A DNA stretch of 57,901 bases, the filler included, from Sphacelaria rigidula (Eukaryota), in assembly GCA_964200075.2 (NCBI GenBank). It is 7 parts of 7 records of this genome, joined end to end, with 100 filler letters (N's around TTAATTAATTAA, not from the genome) between each part and the next. Parts side by side here need not be neighbours in the genome. Positions count along the whole stretch, not along the records: positions 33,147 to 41,331 come from CAXNAA020011985.1; positions 41,432 to 49,616 come from CAXNAA020011986.1; positions 49,717 to 57,901 come from CAXNAA020011987.1; 4 more parts are not named here. The stretch is one strand, 5' to 3'. Shown piece by piece: positions 38,075-50,262 of the stretch. Numbering within the stretch: the stretch's first letter is position 1; the number at the start of each line of letters is the position of its first letter. The notes under the pieces are model-generated. The model ran no database searches, was not told where the DNA came from, and worked only from the letters and a program-made list of their open reading frames with translations. The position numbers were made by a program, and so were the translations under genes.

Positions 38075-38306
38075 GGGGGGGGTACTCACTCTTTGTTTGC
38101 CTCTATCGTTTGACCATTTACCACGCACCCCTTTCAAGCCGGGGGGGAGGGGCGTACTCATTTGTTACTTGCCTTAGTCGTTTGACCATTGACCCCGCAT
38201 CCCTTTCGAGGCGGAGCAGAGCCGGGGGGTGGGGGGTGGAGGGAGTACTCATGATCTTGCATGCCGTGGTCATAAGACCATCGACCTCACATCCCTACAA
38301 AGCCGG
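38075..38306 (+). repeat. Modular Gn-GTACTCA dispersed repeat, three modules in tandem
   Basis: Each module is a G-run + GTACTCA...GACCAT(T/C)(G/T)ACC.C(G/A)CA.CCCT...GCCGGG. Other copies lie at 8289-8412 (-), 23050-23110 (-), 33221, 40320-40372, 57209-57285 and 57824-57901. Confidence 0.85.
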
Positions 38307-38880
38307 GACGGAGCACGCCGAGTCTTCGCCGAACCAGGCTCGGAATCCATCATCAAGCTCGAAGCGCCGTGGTGTGTTCGACGAGTCCCATGAAGATCGA
38401 CCTGCATCCTATTAAAATTGTCCTGTTTGGCCAGAAGCGTACTGATCATCTTGCATATGGATGACAGTCTACAATGAGTTACTTCATTTTCTGGTATCGC
38501 CACTTCCAGAGTAGAGGTGGGCACCGGATACCCAAAACAAAAAAACCGGTTACCGGATAAGAAGCGTTTTTCGCAGAAACAAAAAAAACGGTTCAACCGT
38601 TTTTTTTCAGCAGGTTTGACCGGTTCACCGGTTTAAGCTGATGAGCAAGGGGAAACGCCCCCAAATCATTGAAGCGCAGGTGAATTAGGCATTGTTGTCG
38701 TGTGTTCCGTTTGTTTCGTGTGTGGTGGGTGATGGGTGATGGGTGATGGATACGCTCAAACACACTCATTGCCGGTGACGGCAAGGTTCAATCTCACACC
38801 TCTGCACCCGTGCAACAGCTGTCGAACTTACAGCACAGTGGCTGGTGACAACGACTTAAATGCGTGATAAGAAATGAGTC

Positions 38881-39127
38881 ATGCTACGATAGGGGGGATG
38901 GGGGGTATTTTGGGCCGCTTTCTTGCACGAAATTCTACTTGCAATCGTCATTGGTAACAGCAACGCTTGTTCGAACGCGCTTTCTTCCGATTTATGACGC
39001 TCATACATACTGTTGTGACACCGCTTTTACCCAAATACAAGCGCATCGCGAGTGTGTGGGGTCATCTGACGCACCTATGAGCCAATTTTTTCGTGGAATC
39101 AAACACCCCCCCCGCCTATCGTGGCAT
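38881..39127 (+). mobile_element. MITE, ATGCTACG-TIR subfamily 3
   Basis: ATGCTACGATAGGGGG ... CGCCTATCGTGGCAT, flanked by TGAGTC and GACTCA. Confidence 0.8.
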
Positions 39128-40874
39128 GACTCAAATGGTGTTGGTGGTTACTTGAATAGCTGCTGTTCAAATCTGGCACCTAACCCTAGCCAACTCAGGG
39201 TGTCGAAGGGAAAAACTACAGTAGTGGGCGCTTGAATTGTTTATTTTGTAATTTCTTCGTAATTCGCGATTTTCGTAGCTCTTTCGCTTGCCATCGCTCA
39301 TCACATTCGGGATCTGAAGATACTTGTATCCACTCCACATTCCAAGGGAAAAAATCACCTGTACTTAATATTGACCGACTTACGGGCTTACCGATCATCG
39401 AGGGTCCTGCTACTTTTCAGCCCAGATTCTAACTCTTCGGTATCTTCGGTCGATCGAGCCTGTCCCGATCGTATTTGTGAAGAAATGTACTCGCTTGTTT
39501 TTTTAATTCTCCCTACTCATTGCGCTAGAACCGAATAACTGCATTTCACGGTCAATAAAACCCTCCTGCTAAAACGGGGTATCTTCTCCTATCGCCCGAT
39601 AATATCAAGTAACACTAACTTGGGCACCGTGTTGTCAGGACGATCTGCTTATTTTTAAGAAAAACAAATGATGAAGGACTCTATGTCTTGTAAGGAATAG
39701 CAGGGACGGTATTGGAAAGATGGGCCTGCGCCTGTGACCACGGGTTCGAGCGATCGGACTAATGTGCGGAAAATCATAATAATGATAACAATACGGTAGT
39801 AGTTCCCGAACAATACGGTGTTTTGCCACCTTCAGTTATCATCAAGGGTTTGGGGCTCGGGGGCCCATCACTTGAGGGTAACTTTTCAGGACCATTAGAG
39901 ACACACATAGCATACCCCGTACAGCCCTGTGAGTACCGATATGGTGTACCATAAAATAGCCCAAAGTTTCTCCTCAGGCGAGGGCATCATTAAAGGGGGT
40001 TCGTGAACAAAGTTTAGGGTTGGATGCTGGCGCAGCCAACGAGTATAGAGTGTCGCGATCCCCCCCTCCCCTGAAAAAAAACCCCACCCCCGGACGCCCC
40101 TGCCCCCCCCCCCCCCCCCCCGACCCCCCACCCCCGAGACCCCCACGCAAATGGCCATACAGCGCGTGAAAAGCTGGTTTCAGACTGCATGGGGCGCCCC
40201 ATATGGATGACATGAGCGAAAACGATCCTAAGCGAGTTCCCAGGTACTAGGTGTGCTCAGCTTTTGTCACTTTGACCTACATATAGATTTTCCCTCCCCA
40301 AACCAGGCATTTTTACGGAGTGTACTCATGATCAAGCATGCCATAGTCATAAGACCATTGACCTCGCAACCGGGGGGGGAGGGGGGGGGGAGGGTGGAGC
40401 TACCGCGGTATCAGTCAATACTGGAACCTGCCCGTGCCTTTGATCCGCCACGTCCCGTCGGGGGTACCCAGCCGGGGGTGCAATTTCATGCGATTTGGCT
40501 TCACTAGAAAAAAAACACACGATTCAGCTTCACTTGTGGCGCCGTTAGATGGGTTTCGGTTGAAAAAAAAGGCGTTTTAGTAGGACGTGCGTAAATAGGA
40601 AAGTACTGGCAGTACTCGCTGCTCTTTTTCATTTACCGGTAGTGCTGCCAGTACTCAGCCCTAAAGAAGTGTCGGGGTGATACACTATACACACGCCACT
40701 TCGGAAGTGCAGTGCTGGCTGACCTTGAGGGCTGGTGGGTAGACCAGGGAAAGCGAAGCACCCGTCAAAAACCGCAGAAGTACCGCCGTCCTTCATTCGT
40801 GGGGATGAGTGGCCAGCAGAAACGCAGAAGGAATGGCAAGAAGATGATGACAAGATTCCAGACACGATAAAGAA

Positions 40875-40931
40875 AGCAGGCAAGCAAGCAGGCAGGCAAG
40901 CAAGCATGCGAGTAAGGAAAGCAGCAAGCAC

Positions 40932-41007
<76 letters not shown>
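40875..41007. repeat. (GCAA)n microsatellite
   Basis: Long near-perfect GCAA run. Confidence 0.95.
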
Positions 41008-41119
41008 AACAAAGGAATTGTACACGGAACGGAACAAACGGCGGGAATCAATTCAGTGCAGCGTCTCCGAAACAATGTTGCTGCAGCAGCTGCTGCTGCC
41101 TATCGAGGAATGTCATGGC

Positions 41120-41331
41120 CCTTTGTACGATAGCCCCTCCCCCGAAAAGTGGCTGGTTTGGGGAAGCAAAATGTTCACGTAAATCGAAATGGAGAAAGCC
41201 GAGCACAACGAGCAGCTGGGAATTCTTACCCTCGGATTCGTTCTCGCTAATGTCGCCCATATGAGGCGCTTCATGCAGCCTGAACCCAAACATCAGGCGC
41301 TGCACGACCATTGTTTTCGTGACACTTTTGG
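41120..41331 (+). mobile_element. Dispersed repeat with a TTTNTACGATAGCCCC end
   Basis: atgaggcgcttcatgcagcctga.ccc.aacatcaggcgctg..gacactttt is shared with 24862-24965. Related sequence lies at 40150-40300 and 24652-24685. Confidence 0.65.
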
Positions 41332-41431
41332 NNNNNNNNNNNNNNNNNNNNNNNNNNNNNNNNNNNNNNNNNNNNTTAATTAATTAANNNNNNNNNNNNN
41401 NNNNNNNNNNNNNNNNNNNNNNNNNNNNNNN
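41332..41431. other. Artificial contig spacer
   Basis: N44-TTAATTAATTAA-N44. Confidence 0.97.
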
Positions 41432-42380
41432 ACTTCCATTTGAACTCTACCGGATTTTTCTTATCTTCGTTACAGACGAGTACCGCGCATTTGTTGACGT
41501 TCGCAAATGCTACCGGGGGGGGAAGGGGGTGGAAGCACAGACGAAACAAAAAGCAAACAAAAAGAAGAAACCTCCAGGAACAAAAGATGAAACAAAGCAG
41601 AGATGGGGACCAAATACATGCCCTGCGTGTCTAGCGTAGGCTACGGTGAGTTGCTGTTGGTACTGTTGGTCCCAGGTGCTGTCGGTGCATCTTGGCCTGC
41701 AGCTTTCGCGTGCCGTATGGCTGTCTCTGCGTCATCCGTTTGGCACCAGTCCGCCATAACCTTTCTGCTCCCTGTTCAACACAGCTGTGCCACTCTACTG
41801 CATTCAAGGCTCTGGTAGTCCACCCCTGCCATTCGATACCGAACACCTTCGAATGTACCGACGTCATTACTGCCACCGCATGGTTATGATGGCGGGTGGT
41901 TATTCGGTTTCGTTGTCAATATGTTAACACTACTGTGTACATACATATTGCTGTAATGCTTTGGGAACCGCATCGGAATTCAAACACTCCTATGGTTAGG
42001 GTTAGGGTTAGAGTCAGAGTTACTGTTGGGGTTGAGGTCAGCGCGTGGTCTCTGCAGGAACTGGCCCGATTGGTTTTTGAAAACGTCGACCCTGAGGCGT
42101 TTTAACCTGCGATGCGGTCCTCCAAGCACGCGGTCCCCCGGCCATTACAGTGTACCTTTCCAATCATGAATCCGCCCTGACTTCGTGAGCTCTTGGGTCA
42201 TTGCCCAAGTGTTGAACACCATTTGCAGCTGCAGCGGTTGCTTCGATTATTAGTGTAACCGTTTCCCCTAATATTCACGCTTTCCACCATATTTCATGTA
42301 CGATACACTCACCCCTGCTGTGCGTTCTCTTTCCCCCTGCACTGCATTGTTTTACCTCGCTGTATCTCCGCTTGGACCAG

Positions 42381-42431
42381 GACGGTTTCCCCGTTTACGG
42401 ACACTTGGGCCCCGAGGGTACCAGTATGCTG
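42381..42431 (+). CDS. YHYH-domain protein exon (DGFPVYG motif)
   Basis: Acceptor gaccag|GAC and donor CTG|gtgagc. Encodes DGFPVYGHLGPEGTSML. Confidence 0.8.
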
Positions 42432-42783
42432 GTGAGCAAGCCCAGGAAAGCGCAGCCGAATTATCACGTTACTACTCGCGTTATTTGTTGGGTGTCGAGG
42501 TTGAAAGGAGTTGTATTACCTTTGCAGACCCGTGGAACTGGTACGCTTTTGTTTTAGGGATACTCTTGAGGATTTCAAGCCTGGTGAGATGCTTGATCAG
42601 CAAACGAGTGTGGTGTACGCTTCAGTGAAAGCCTATGGTTAACTGGCAGTATGCTCTGTCGCTTTAGCAATCTTCCGTGGGGGACAATCAACCAGGTTAG
42701 GCGAGTGAAACGGCATTGGGCGAGCAACACGGTATAAGAGAGGACAGGAAGTCCGTTAATTGAGACATTTTGACTGCCTAGAG

Positions 42784-43035
42784 TGCTACAGTAGGGGTGC
42801 ACAGATATTTTCTGAGGTTAAAATTGTGAGGAGCCCTTTACCTCATCCAAAACACGACTTGAGAAAATATGCGAGAGTACGCCGGGATTACTACGAGTAT
42901 TCCAGTGTGCTAGGGATATCTCAGATCAATTCGCAAACGGAGATGCCCTGAACCATACTCTTGTGCATCTAGAATCGTCAGGAGCCCCTGAAGCGGACAA
43001 GATGTTGCGCAAAAAGTGCACCCCAACCGTGGCAT
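42784..43035 (+). mobile_element. MITE, ATGCTACG-TIR subfamily 1, intronic
   Basis: TGCTACAGTAGGGGTGCAC ... GTGCACCCCAACCGTGGCAT, homologous to 11733-11971. Confidence 0.8.
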
Positions 43036-43272
43036 TGATCCCTACTGTGTGGGAGTATTTACCCTACGTACTGTGTGAAGGCATTCAAGATATCTACTTC
43101 GTGAGTAAAGAACGTCCTGTTACCAAGGGCGCCATCGAGCTATCCGGTAGTCGTAGAGCCGCCTGCTGCGAGGTACAGTTGGGTCAAATATTCTCCACGA
43201 ACGCTCTGTATCCTCATCACATCGGCTGTTCCACTTTGTGTTTCCAACTTGCTATCGTTTGAAATACTACAG

Positions 43273-43377
43273 TCTTGCGGGACCGACGGAGCGCATGAAA
43301 CGTACTGCCTGGACGAGTGCAACGGTTACGAAGGGCTGCATCCGGAAATCGACAACTTCGTTTACCGCTACTACCTG
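43273..43377 (+). CDS. YHYH-domain protein exon (LDECNG motif)
   Basis: Acceptor ctacag|TCT and donor CTG|gtgagt. Encodes SCGTDGAHETYCLDECNGYEGLHPEIDNFVYRYYL, phase 0 with the previous exon. Confidence 0.8.
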
Positions 43378-43787
43378 GTGAGTAGATCATGGTGCCACGG
43401 TTCCGTCGGGTTGTCATTTTGTCGTGCTGATCATCACGGTATTCACAACGAAAGCGGAGCCGATCAGTAGCGTGAAATGAGCCTGCCTTAATGTGCCCTA
43501 TTAAGAGAACACAGTTCGTGCGAGTACTACAACGCTCGCGCGACAGTAGGATCGCCTTGCAGTGACCGTTTCCATTGGGGCAAAGCAAAGCACCGGTCGC
43601 CGACTCCAACCCCCAACCCACGCTACAGTTATCCTCGGGAAGATGTCTTCATGTGGCATGGAAAGCAGGGGTCGTTGGGAACGCCTCGGCGGCCCTTTCC
43701 GAGAGGCGTGCTTGGGTTTAAAGTCCTGTTTGGCAATTGATGGTGCTGTTCGCTTCGAGAATCTAAATTGAGACGAAAATCGGTCTG

Positions 43788-43820
<33 letters not shown>

Positions 43821-44335
43821 TGTGCGTGGCTAGCTCAGTATTTTACATACGTTTCTTTTTCTAGTGAAGCGCTGTAGGAAATGTGTCGTCCAACACCCAT
43901 GATGACGCCGCTTACCTTCACCTGTTGTCGTCGTGCTCGTGGTCACCGCCATGATGTGGACTTCCAGACGTGCGGGTACACCGAGTCGTACTACCCCCTC
44001 ACGGTTGGCTGCTACCGCGGCTGCTGCCCCGAGGGCATCGAGTGAGTAGACGGTCTGTTTTTTTGTTTTTGCCCAGTTGCTTGCGCAGCTATTTGTCTCA
44101 GCTAATTGTTTCGTCGTCTTTTGTGTCGTACTGATCCCTCTTTGCTTTTTCCCGACTGTCGTTTTCATTCTTCCTGGTTTAGACTGCGAACTTTCTCCCC
44201 CCCCCAGATGGACTCGGATGAACTATGTCACGTTCGTTTCGTTGTTTGTATAGGGTCTGGGTCTTCATGCTTTGTACCATTTATATACAGGACTTTTCAA
44301 GGTATCTTTTTTTTTTCATGGGGAATATTCCGCAG

Positions 44336-44435
44336 GTGCGCCCAACTGGTGGAACCGTGCTCAGCGAACGCCACGGCAGGGTATACCGACGACTACACGC
44401 CCGAGCTCGGTAGTGTGGTGACGGATAAGTACGAG
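44336..44435 (+). CDS. Probable further exon of the YHYH-domain gene
   Basis: Acceptor ccgcag| and donor GAG|gtattt. Encodes CAQLVEPCSANATAGYTDDYTPELGSVVTDKYE. Phases imply unrecognised intervening exons. Confidence 0.55.
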
Positions 44436-45908
44436 GTATTTCTTGATTACTCTTGATATTTCATTATTTTTGAATATGTGCATCTCATCGATCCTTTTGG
44501 TTGAGCAGTGGCACTTTGTTCTCGTTATTGGGTTTCTCTCACACTGGTGTGGGTGACTCTTTGTCAGTTGTGCTCCGATCTGAATTGTCACTCCCCCCCT
44601 GTTCTCCCCTCCCGCCCCGGGCGGACGCCCCTCAAAATATGTGATTCCTTATCGGCAGCGTTTCATGGCTCGGCATGGTCATGCCCGATGAGTACGATAC
44701 AATTGATTGGTTAATTGGTGGATTGTTGTTGTTATTGCTGTTGTTCCTTCCATGATTGACCTGATATAAGGTGACGTTGGGGGCCGTATTCTGTTCTGAG
44801 CATTTTTGCTCTTCCCATAAACTCGGTGCGGCGTTTTTGATTGCTCGACATGCTCATAACCGATCCGTCCGACGTGCACAATTTTAAATATTTTCATGAT
44901 ACTTTTCTTTCATCAGTGGCGGTAGTTTTCACTCCCTTCTCAGCATTTGAGTTGCCGTCACTCATACAATATTTCGAACCACTGTCTTGAAATCATGGAT
45001 ATTTGTCTCACGCCGCGAACGACGGGTGGCCTGGTCGGTGACGTTCACGATCCGTATCCCGCGAGAATGGCCAACTCTTTGCTTAATGAATTGTCTTGGA
45101 TTCATTACAGGTGGTGTATCGTTTATCGCGACAACGACCAATTTCTTGGGGTTTTTTATTGGTGAGTGTTCCTTAACTTTATTGCAACTTTTGTATTCAA
45201 TAGGTGTGTTCATATTCCATTCGTCGTTTGATCGCTCGATATTAACACGAAAAACGAGAAGGTATCATTCCTGGAAGGTCCTGACGCAGCATACATCAAC
45301 TCCAGCACAAGTGTCAACTGCCCGGCGTACTACGGTGAGGAGGAAAAAGGAGAAAACACGGGAAACATTAAAGCAAGACGAAAAAATGGAGCGAGACGAG
45401 ATGATGTAAAAGGAACGAGGAACAGGCAGCATTTGCGTTTGTTAGTGAACGGTCGACGATACATCGGCGTTGCTCTCGCGCTGCTGCGAAATGTACACGG
45501 TCGACCCGGGCAGGCGACTGGTGGTCGAACGAGCGCTAAACAGTACCGTGCTGACCTGTTCATGTATTCCTGCGCTATTATCAAGTTCAACGGCTTCACG
45601 ATCCCCTGAGAAAATGTATCACATCTCCGAAGCGCATATATATATACAGGATCGTCGTTCTGTTGATTCATCCGTTTTCATTCGTTTTAGAAGACACCCA
45701 TTCAAGCTGGAACTACACGTATTGGGCGTAGTACTTTTGTTGTGTGTCAGATGAGACGTCTTCTAGCGACGGCGCACTTTGATGTGTTGTTTTTTGCCCT
45801 CACGTATCTCGTTGTTCATTTTCTGCGTTTTGCATTTCTTGTTCCATACGTATTTCCTCCACATCAACAGTTCATAACCTCCCGGCTAATTCCTGCTTTG
45901 TTTGACAG

Positions 45909-46067
45909 GAGAAACGACCACCACCCAGACCCCTATCGCAGCTCCCACGGTGATGCCGCTTGCTGCCGGGGAGACTCCTAGCCCGATGTCTACTAGTTCC
46001 AGCGACACGACGGATGACGGAAGTAGTTCCAGCCATACGACGGAGAGCACGTCTAGCCCAATGGAAG
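45909..46067 (+). CDS. Probable S/T/P-rich linker exon of the YHYH-domain gene
   Basis: Acceptor tttgacag| and donor GAAG|gtgaaa. Encodes ETTTTQTPIAAPTVMPLAAGETPSPMSTSSSDTTDDGSSSSHTTESTSSPME. Confidence 0.6.
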
Positions 46068-47781
46068 GTGAAATGTTCATCACATACATTCTCGCGTGTG
46101 TTCGCCAGCTGATTTGATCCGTGCATGTTCGTCCCCCAGGGCACGTCCTGTGCGATACTGAGGTATTGCACCGGGCAGACGCGGCGGTTGTTCAAAGAGG
46201 GAGGGGACCTAAAACTTTGGGCGTAGATCTGTGGTTGATTTTTTCGAACAACCTAACAAAAATCCTAACCTCAACCCTGACCCCGACCCAAGACGTGCGA
46301 GACCCTCGGGCAAGGGGGGTGCGTAGGTACCCCTTGGCAAAGTGTGCATTGGCAGACGTCAAATCGACGCCGCAGGCGCCCATTTAGACAAGAATACGGT
46401 CTGGACGAGCTGGGTCCACTGCTCACCTGCCCCAAACCATAAAATTTCTCAGAACTTTCTCAAGTCTAAAATCAAGTAGGCATGCTGTTCACCATAGATA
46501 CACGCCCAAACTTGTAGGTCCACTACAAAAAGGGTTGTTTCGAGATATCAAATCCTCGAAGCTTCAGAGGGTATCCACATTTTTCCCTGTCTCCCACCAT
46601 TTTGGTGGGTTCCGGGATTTGAACCCGGGACCTTCTGTTCGTGAAGCGTACAAGCTATCTCACTAGTGTCGCTAGTGGGAACAGGTAATTCCTTGACATG
46701 CACGTGTGGGGAAACCACCACAATTGTTGTATGCGGTTCATTTCCGTGCTTCGAATGTTTTTTCTCATCTGATCATGGACAGAAGGGGTTGGATAGTGAG
46801 AAGACTGGCCGGTCGTTCAAGCAACTCGTACGATAGTGTTTTCGTTTGTAAACCAATTTATCGACCCGACACCAATTACTCGTTGAAGCAACCACGGAGT
46901 AGCACGATCAGTCAAGCCCAAACGCCTCTTGTGTGCCCTCGACGAATTGTTTCTACTTATTCAACCTCGGAACAAGCTCGCTATTTTTCCACCTACTTAT
47001 GCGTACATATCTCCGCCCTTTTCGACGCGCGAAAAATAGACGGGACTGGTGAAACGCTACATTTTGTATCAATTCGATCAGTCGTTCACGCGTTTCGTGG
47101 TTCAACTGCTCGCTCCGTCCCGTATGCCTTGATCGTTCATTCCGCCATTTGTTGCTCTTCTTTTCGAACCGTATTGGGACGGTAGCCACTACGACGAATG
47201 AGCGCGGAATTGGAATCAGGGGAAGCGGACGCGCCATACGGACTCGCGCTCTCTAGCCTAGTATGTTCCCTGTTGACCTGGGCCGCCCTTGCTGCTGTAG
47301 CTACTTGTCAGCGGGTTCGGAATATACCGCATTTGTACAGAGGGGCGTGAGTTTTCTCGCACGGCGGCGGAGCGGAATTGCCTTGAAGCCTCCCTGTGTG
47401 CGGCCGAACTGTGTGCCCGGTGTTGTATGTGTGTTGCTCGTCTTTTGGCTCGAAATGTGTGCCTTGCATGCCTCGCGAAGTTATCGATGAGGAAAATTGG
47501 GATTTTGGGTGCTACGGGTGTAAAGTTAAGCAGTCGGGTTAGTTTTGCGGTTGGCTTGATGTGGTTATCGTAGTTTTTGTTTGCTATTGGTTGTGGGTTG
47601 TTGGTGTTCCGAATGGTTTGTCGTCGTTGACGTTGGTGTTGATGTTTTGGTGTGTACCTGCTCGCGCGTGATTGGTGTCATCACGCCATCGAATGATTTA
47701 TATGTGTATCAATAAATCGTGAAAGTAGACAGCCTATGGTGATAACCCCACACATCGCTCGGCAGCCTAGAGTACTACTGT

Positions 47782-47783
47782 GG

Positions 47784-47838
<55 letters not shown>
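47782..47838. repeat. (GTT)n microsatellite
   Basis: Perfect GTT run. Confidence 0.95.
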
Positions 47839-47840
<2 letters not shown>

Positions 47841-48719
47841 TTTGTTGTAGAGCGTGCTAAATATTTGTCTCGATAATTGCGCGTTGCGGGAAAGGTTCCG
47901 CATTCATTTCTACTGTACGTTTGCTGCCGATTTCAAACGTGCTGCAGTATTTATGTTGTGCGTGTTTCTACTGAACGCACCGCACACTGGCGAAATAGTT
48001 TTGTTCACAGTCGTGTTACGGGCGGTGTCGACTATATGGGTAGAGGTGTCCTTGAAGGGCGTACGTGGGGTTAGAGAGGTACGAGTACTATCTACTTGAT
48101 TCTTATTGTAGCTGTGAAATAAGTGTTTCAGTGTTGATTACAATACTCAACTGCTTGATGCCAGTGTGTGGGTTTTGGAGCAAGAACGTTAAACGACATA
48201 TGGCGAGGCCTCCAAATATTGTATGGGCCAACCCGTCAACCGCGAGGGCAGTCCATCTGGACCTTGTGTTCTTTTTTCAAGAGAAATTGATATCGATTTA
48301 ATAGATGACCCACTCTCGCTGTCCATGGGTTGAAGCTTTCACGTCAATATCTCATCGATACACACGAGTTGGGCCGTGATCCGGGCTGGCAAAGGTGTCG
48401 ATTGGACCCCTTTGACGTGATCGCTAAAGTTGGCACAATGGCGGTCAAGCCAAGCAAGTAGGCAAGCTGCTTTGTAGTGTAGACAGAAGATAGTGTTCAA
48501 GGTGCCGCTTGCAAGCAGGACAGTCCAACCAGCCCGCCGTTTTGAACGGCAACCGAAACAAGGAAGAGGTAACCGACTACTGCTACGCCCCACATCAGTC
48601 GTAAGCAGTAACGGTGATCCACACACTGCATTTCTACAAACTCAATACTTACGAAGCGTTGACGAGGCTAGGATCCACGGCCTTGATTTCCAGCACCCCC
48701 CTTCAACGCAAGTACAAGT

Positions 48720-48990
48720 CTTACTCTCTCACACACCCCCTTAATTCAAATGCATACTAGTTTCAAAAACCCAGCTCAGTACAAATGTCTCAGCACTCAA
48801 GGATGAGACAAGGAAGAATCCCACAATCAGACTGAACTCAGGTTTTAAATTTGTTGATCAGCGTGACGAGATGGCGGTGCCTGTCTTCGCTGAAGTACTT
48901 GGTCACTATGCGTGCGAGGTGGTCTTCGGTCTTTCCCTCCTTGACTAATTTCTGAATAAAGAAGTACCGGGGAGCTACGTGCTTTAATAC
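48720..48990 (-). mobile_element. Decayed Ty1/copia remnant: RNase H C-terminus, PPT and probable LTR start
   Basis: KHVAPRYFFIQKLVKEGKTEDHLARIVTKYFS...LINKFKT* resembles the copia KHI-x-x-R(Y)-x-F-I-x-E-x-V...QLAD-x-x-TK motif with a short deletion. It is followed on the minus strand by AAGGGGGTG-TG at about 48730-48742. Confidence 0.75.
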
Positions 48991-49521
48991 CTGACGGGGG
49001 GACGGGGAAGCCACCCTCCTCAGCTCTTCAGAGTCCTTCAAGTTGTGTGTAGTAGGTAGTTGGGAAAATCGAACTGTTTAGTGTTTACAGCTGTTGTGAA
49101 ATCCGGTGCGTGCATGTTGTCACGGTAACGTCTGTGCAGACGACAATCAATACAGTAGAGCAACGAATGCCAGCTATGATCGGGTTGGCCTGCCGTACTC
49201 CCGACAGCGTTGCTGAAAAGCCACAACACCTTTGCGGTCGACGGTTGATGGCGTGGGTGTCAAATGTAATGATGAGTGGTTGATCATAGAGCACTCTTGT
49301 TCCTCGTGAATATCTTATTCGAGCTTGTAATGGATGACTTCCTCACATCGGAATTCATTCTGAAAAGCTACTGTACCGCGGTGTTCACCCAGCCAGCGTG
49401 TGCTCCGGATTGCAGCATGGAGGGATTCCTACGCGCCACACCAGCAACAGGCAGGTCACCAACATAGGTATCTTTTTTCACTCCGCATGTCAAGAAGGTC
49501 TCCACAAGTGTTTGATCTCTC

Positions 49522-49586
<65 letters not shown>

Positions 49587-49616
49587 ACCACCTGGGGCGA
49601 ACAAAATAAAAAAAAA

Positions 49617-49716
49617 NNNNNNNNNNNNNNNNNNNNNNNNNNNNNNNNNNNNNNNNNNNNTTAATTAATTAANNNNNNNNNNNNNNNNNNNNNNNNNNNN
49701 NNNNNNNNNNNNNNNN
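49617..49716. other. Artificial contig spacer
   Basis: N44-TTAATTAATTAA-N44. Confidence 0.97.
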
Positions 49717-50262
49717 GGGGTCACGTGATAATGTCTTCAAAAAAGTGGTGCCGCGGGAGTGAGGGGGTGAGAGAGAACTGTTATCCGAAATAGTGCGTGG
49801 GTAAATGGGCTTGATTGATGTGCAACGAAACACATGAATACTCACGCCCATCCGTTTTCGCGGGCCGAAGTGTTGAGCTACCGACGCGTCCCCGAACCAG
49901 TGTTGGAGGATCAGTATCGAATTGCAAGTAAAAAAGTGGAATAAAATCCGCGATTATGCTAACAATCGAAATCGCCGGCTGAAGAGTCGATATTTCGTCG
50001 ATTCGAAATCAATATCGAGTGTCGAGTTTCGATAGCTAGCCCCAGTCTCAAAGAACTTGTGCGAGGTGGTCGTTTCAGCTACCCCCGGGCTCCCTCTGCT
50101 CTAAAATCCACCCACACTCCCAACATCTCCCTCACAACCCACAATACCCCAGCCCTGTCCCACACCCCACACACCACCCTCACGAACACACACACGCCAC
50201 ACATGAGCGACTGCAACGGTCGAGAAAGCAAAGTGTTCGTCAAAATCAATAACTACACCATC

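Noticed and set aside
38638..38670. Hammerhead ribozyme (CTGATGA...GAAAC)
   Set aside because: No pairing stem II lies between the core motifs.
40629..41133. LACL/ASKQ repeat proteins
   Set aside because: They are translations of the (GCAA)n microsatellite.
41994..42022. Telomere (TTAGGG)n
   Set aside because: Only about three degenerate interstitial units.
8189..49716. Regularly spaced TTAATTAATTAA motif about every 8.3 kb as a biological periodic signal
   Set aside because: It is embedded in N runs of fixed length and is a standard six-frame-stop linker.
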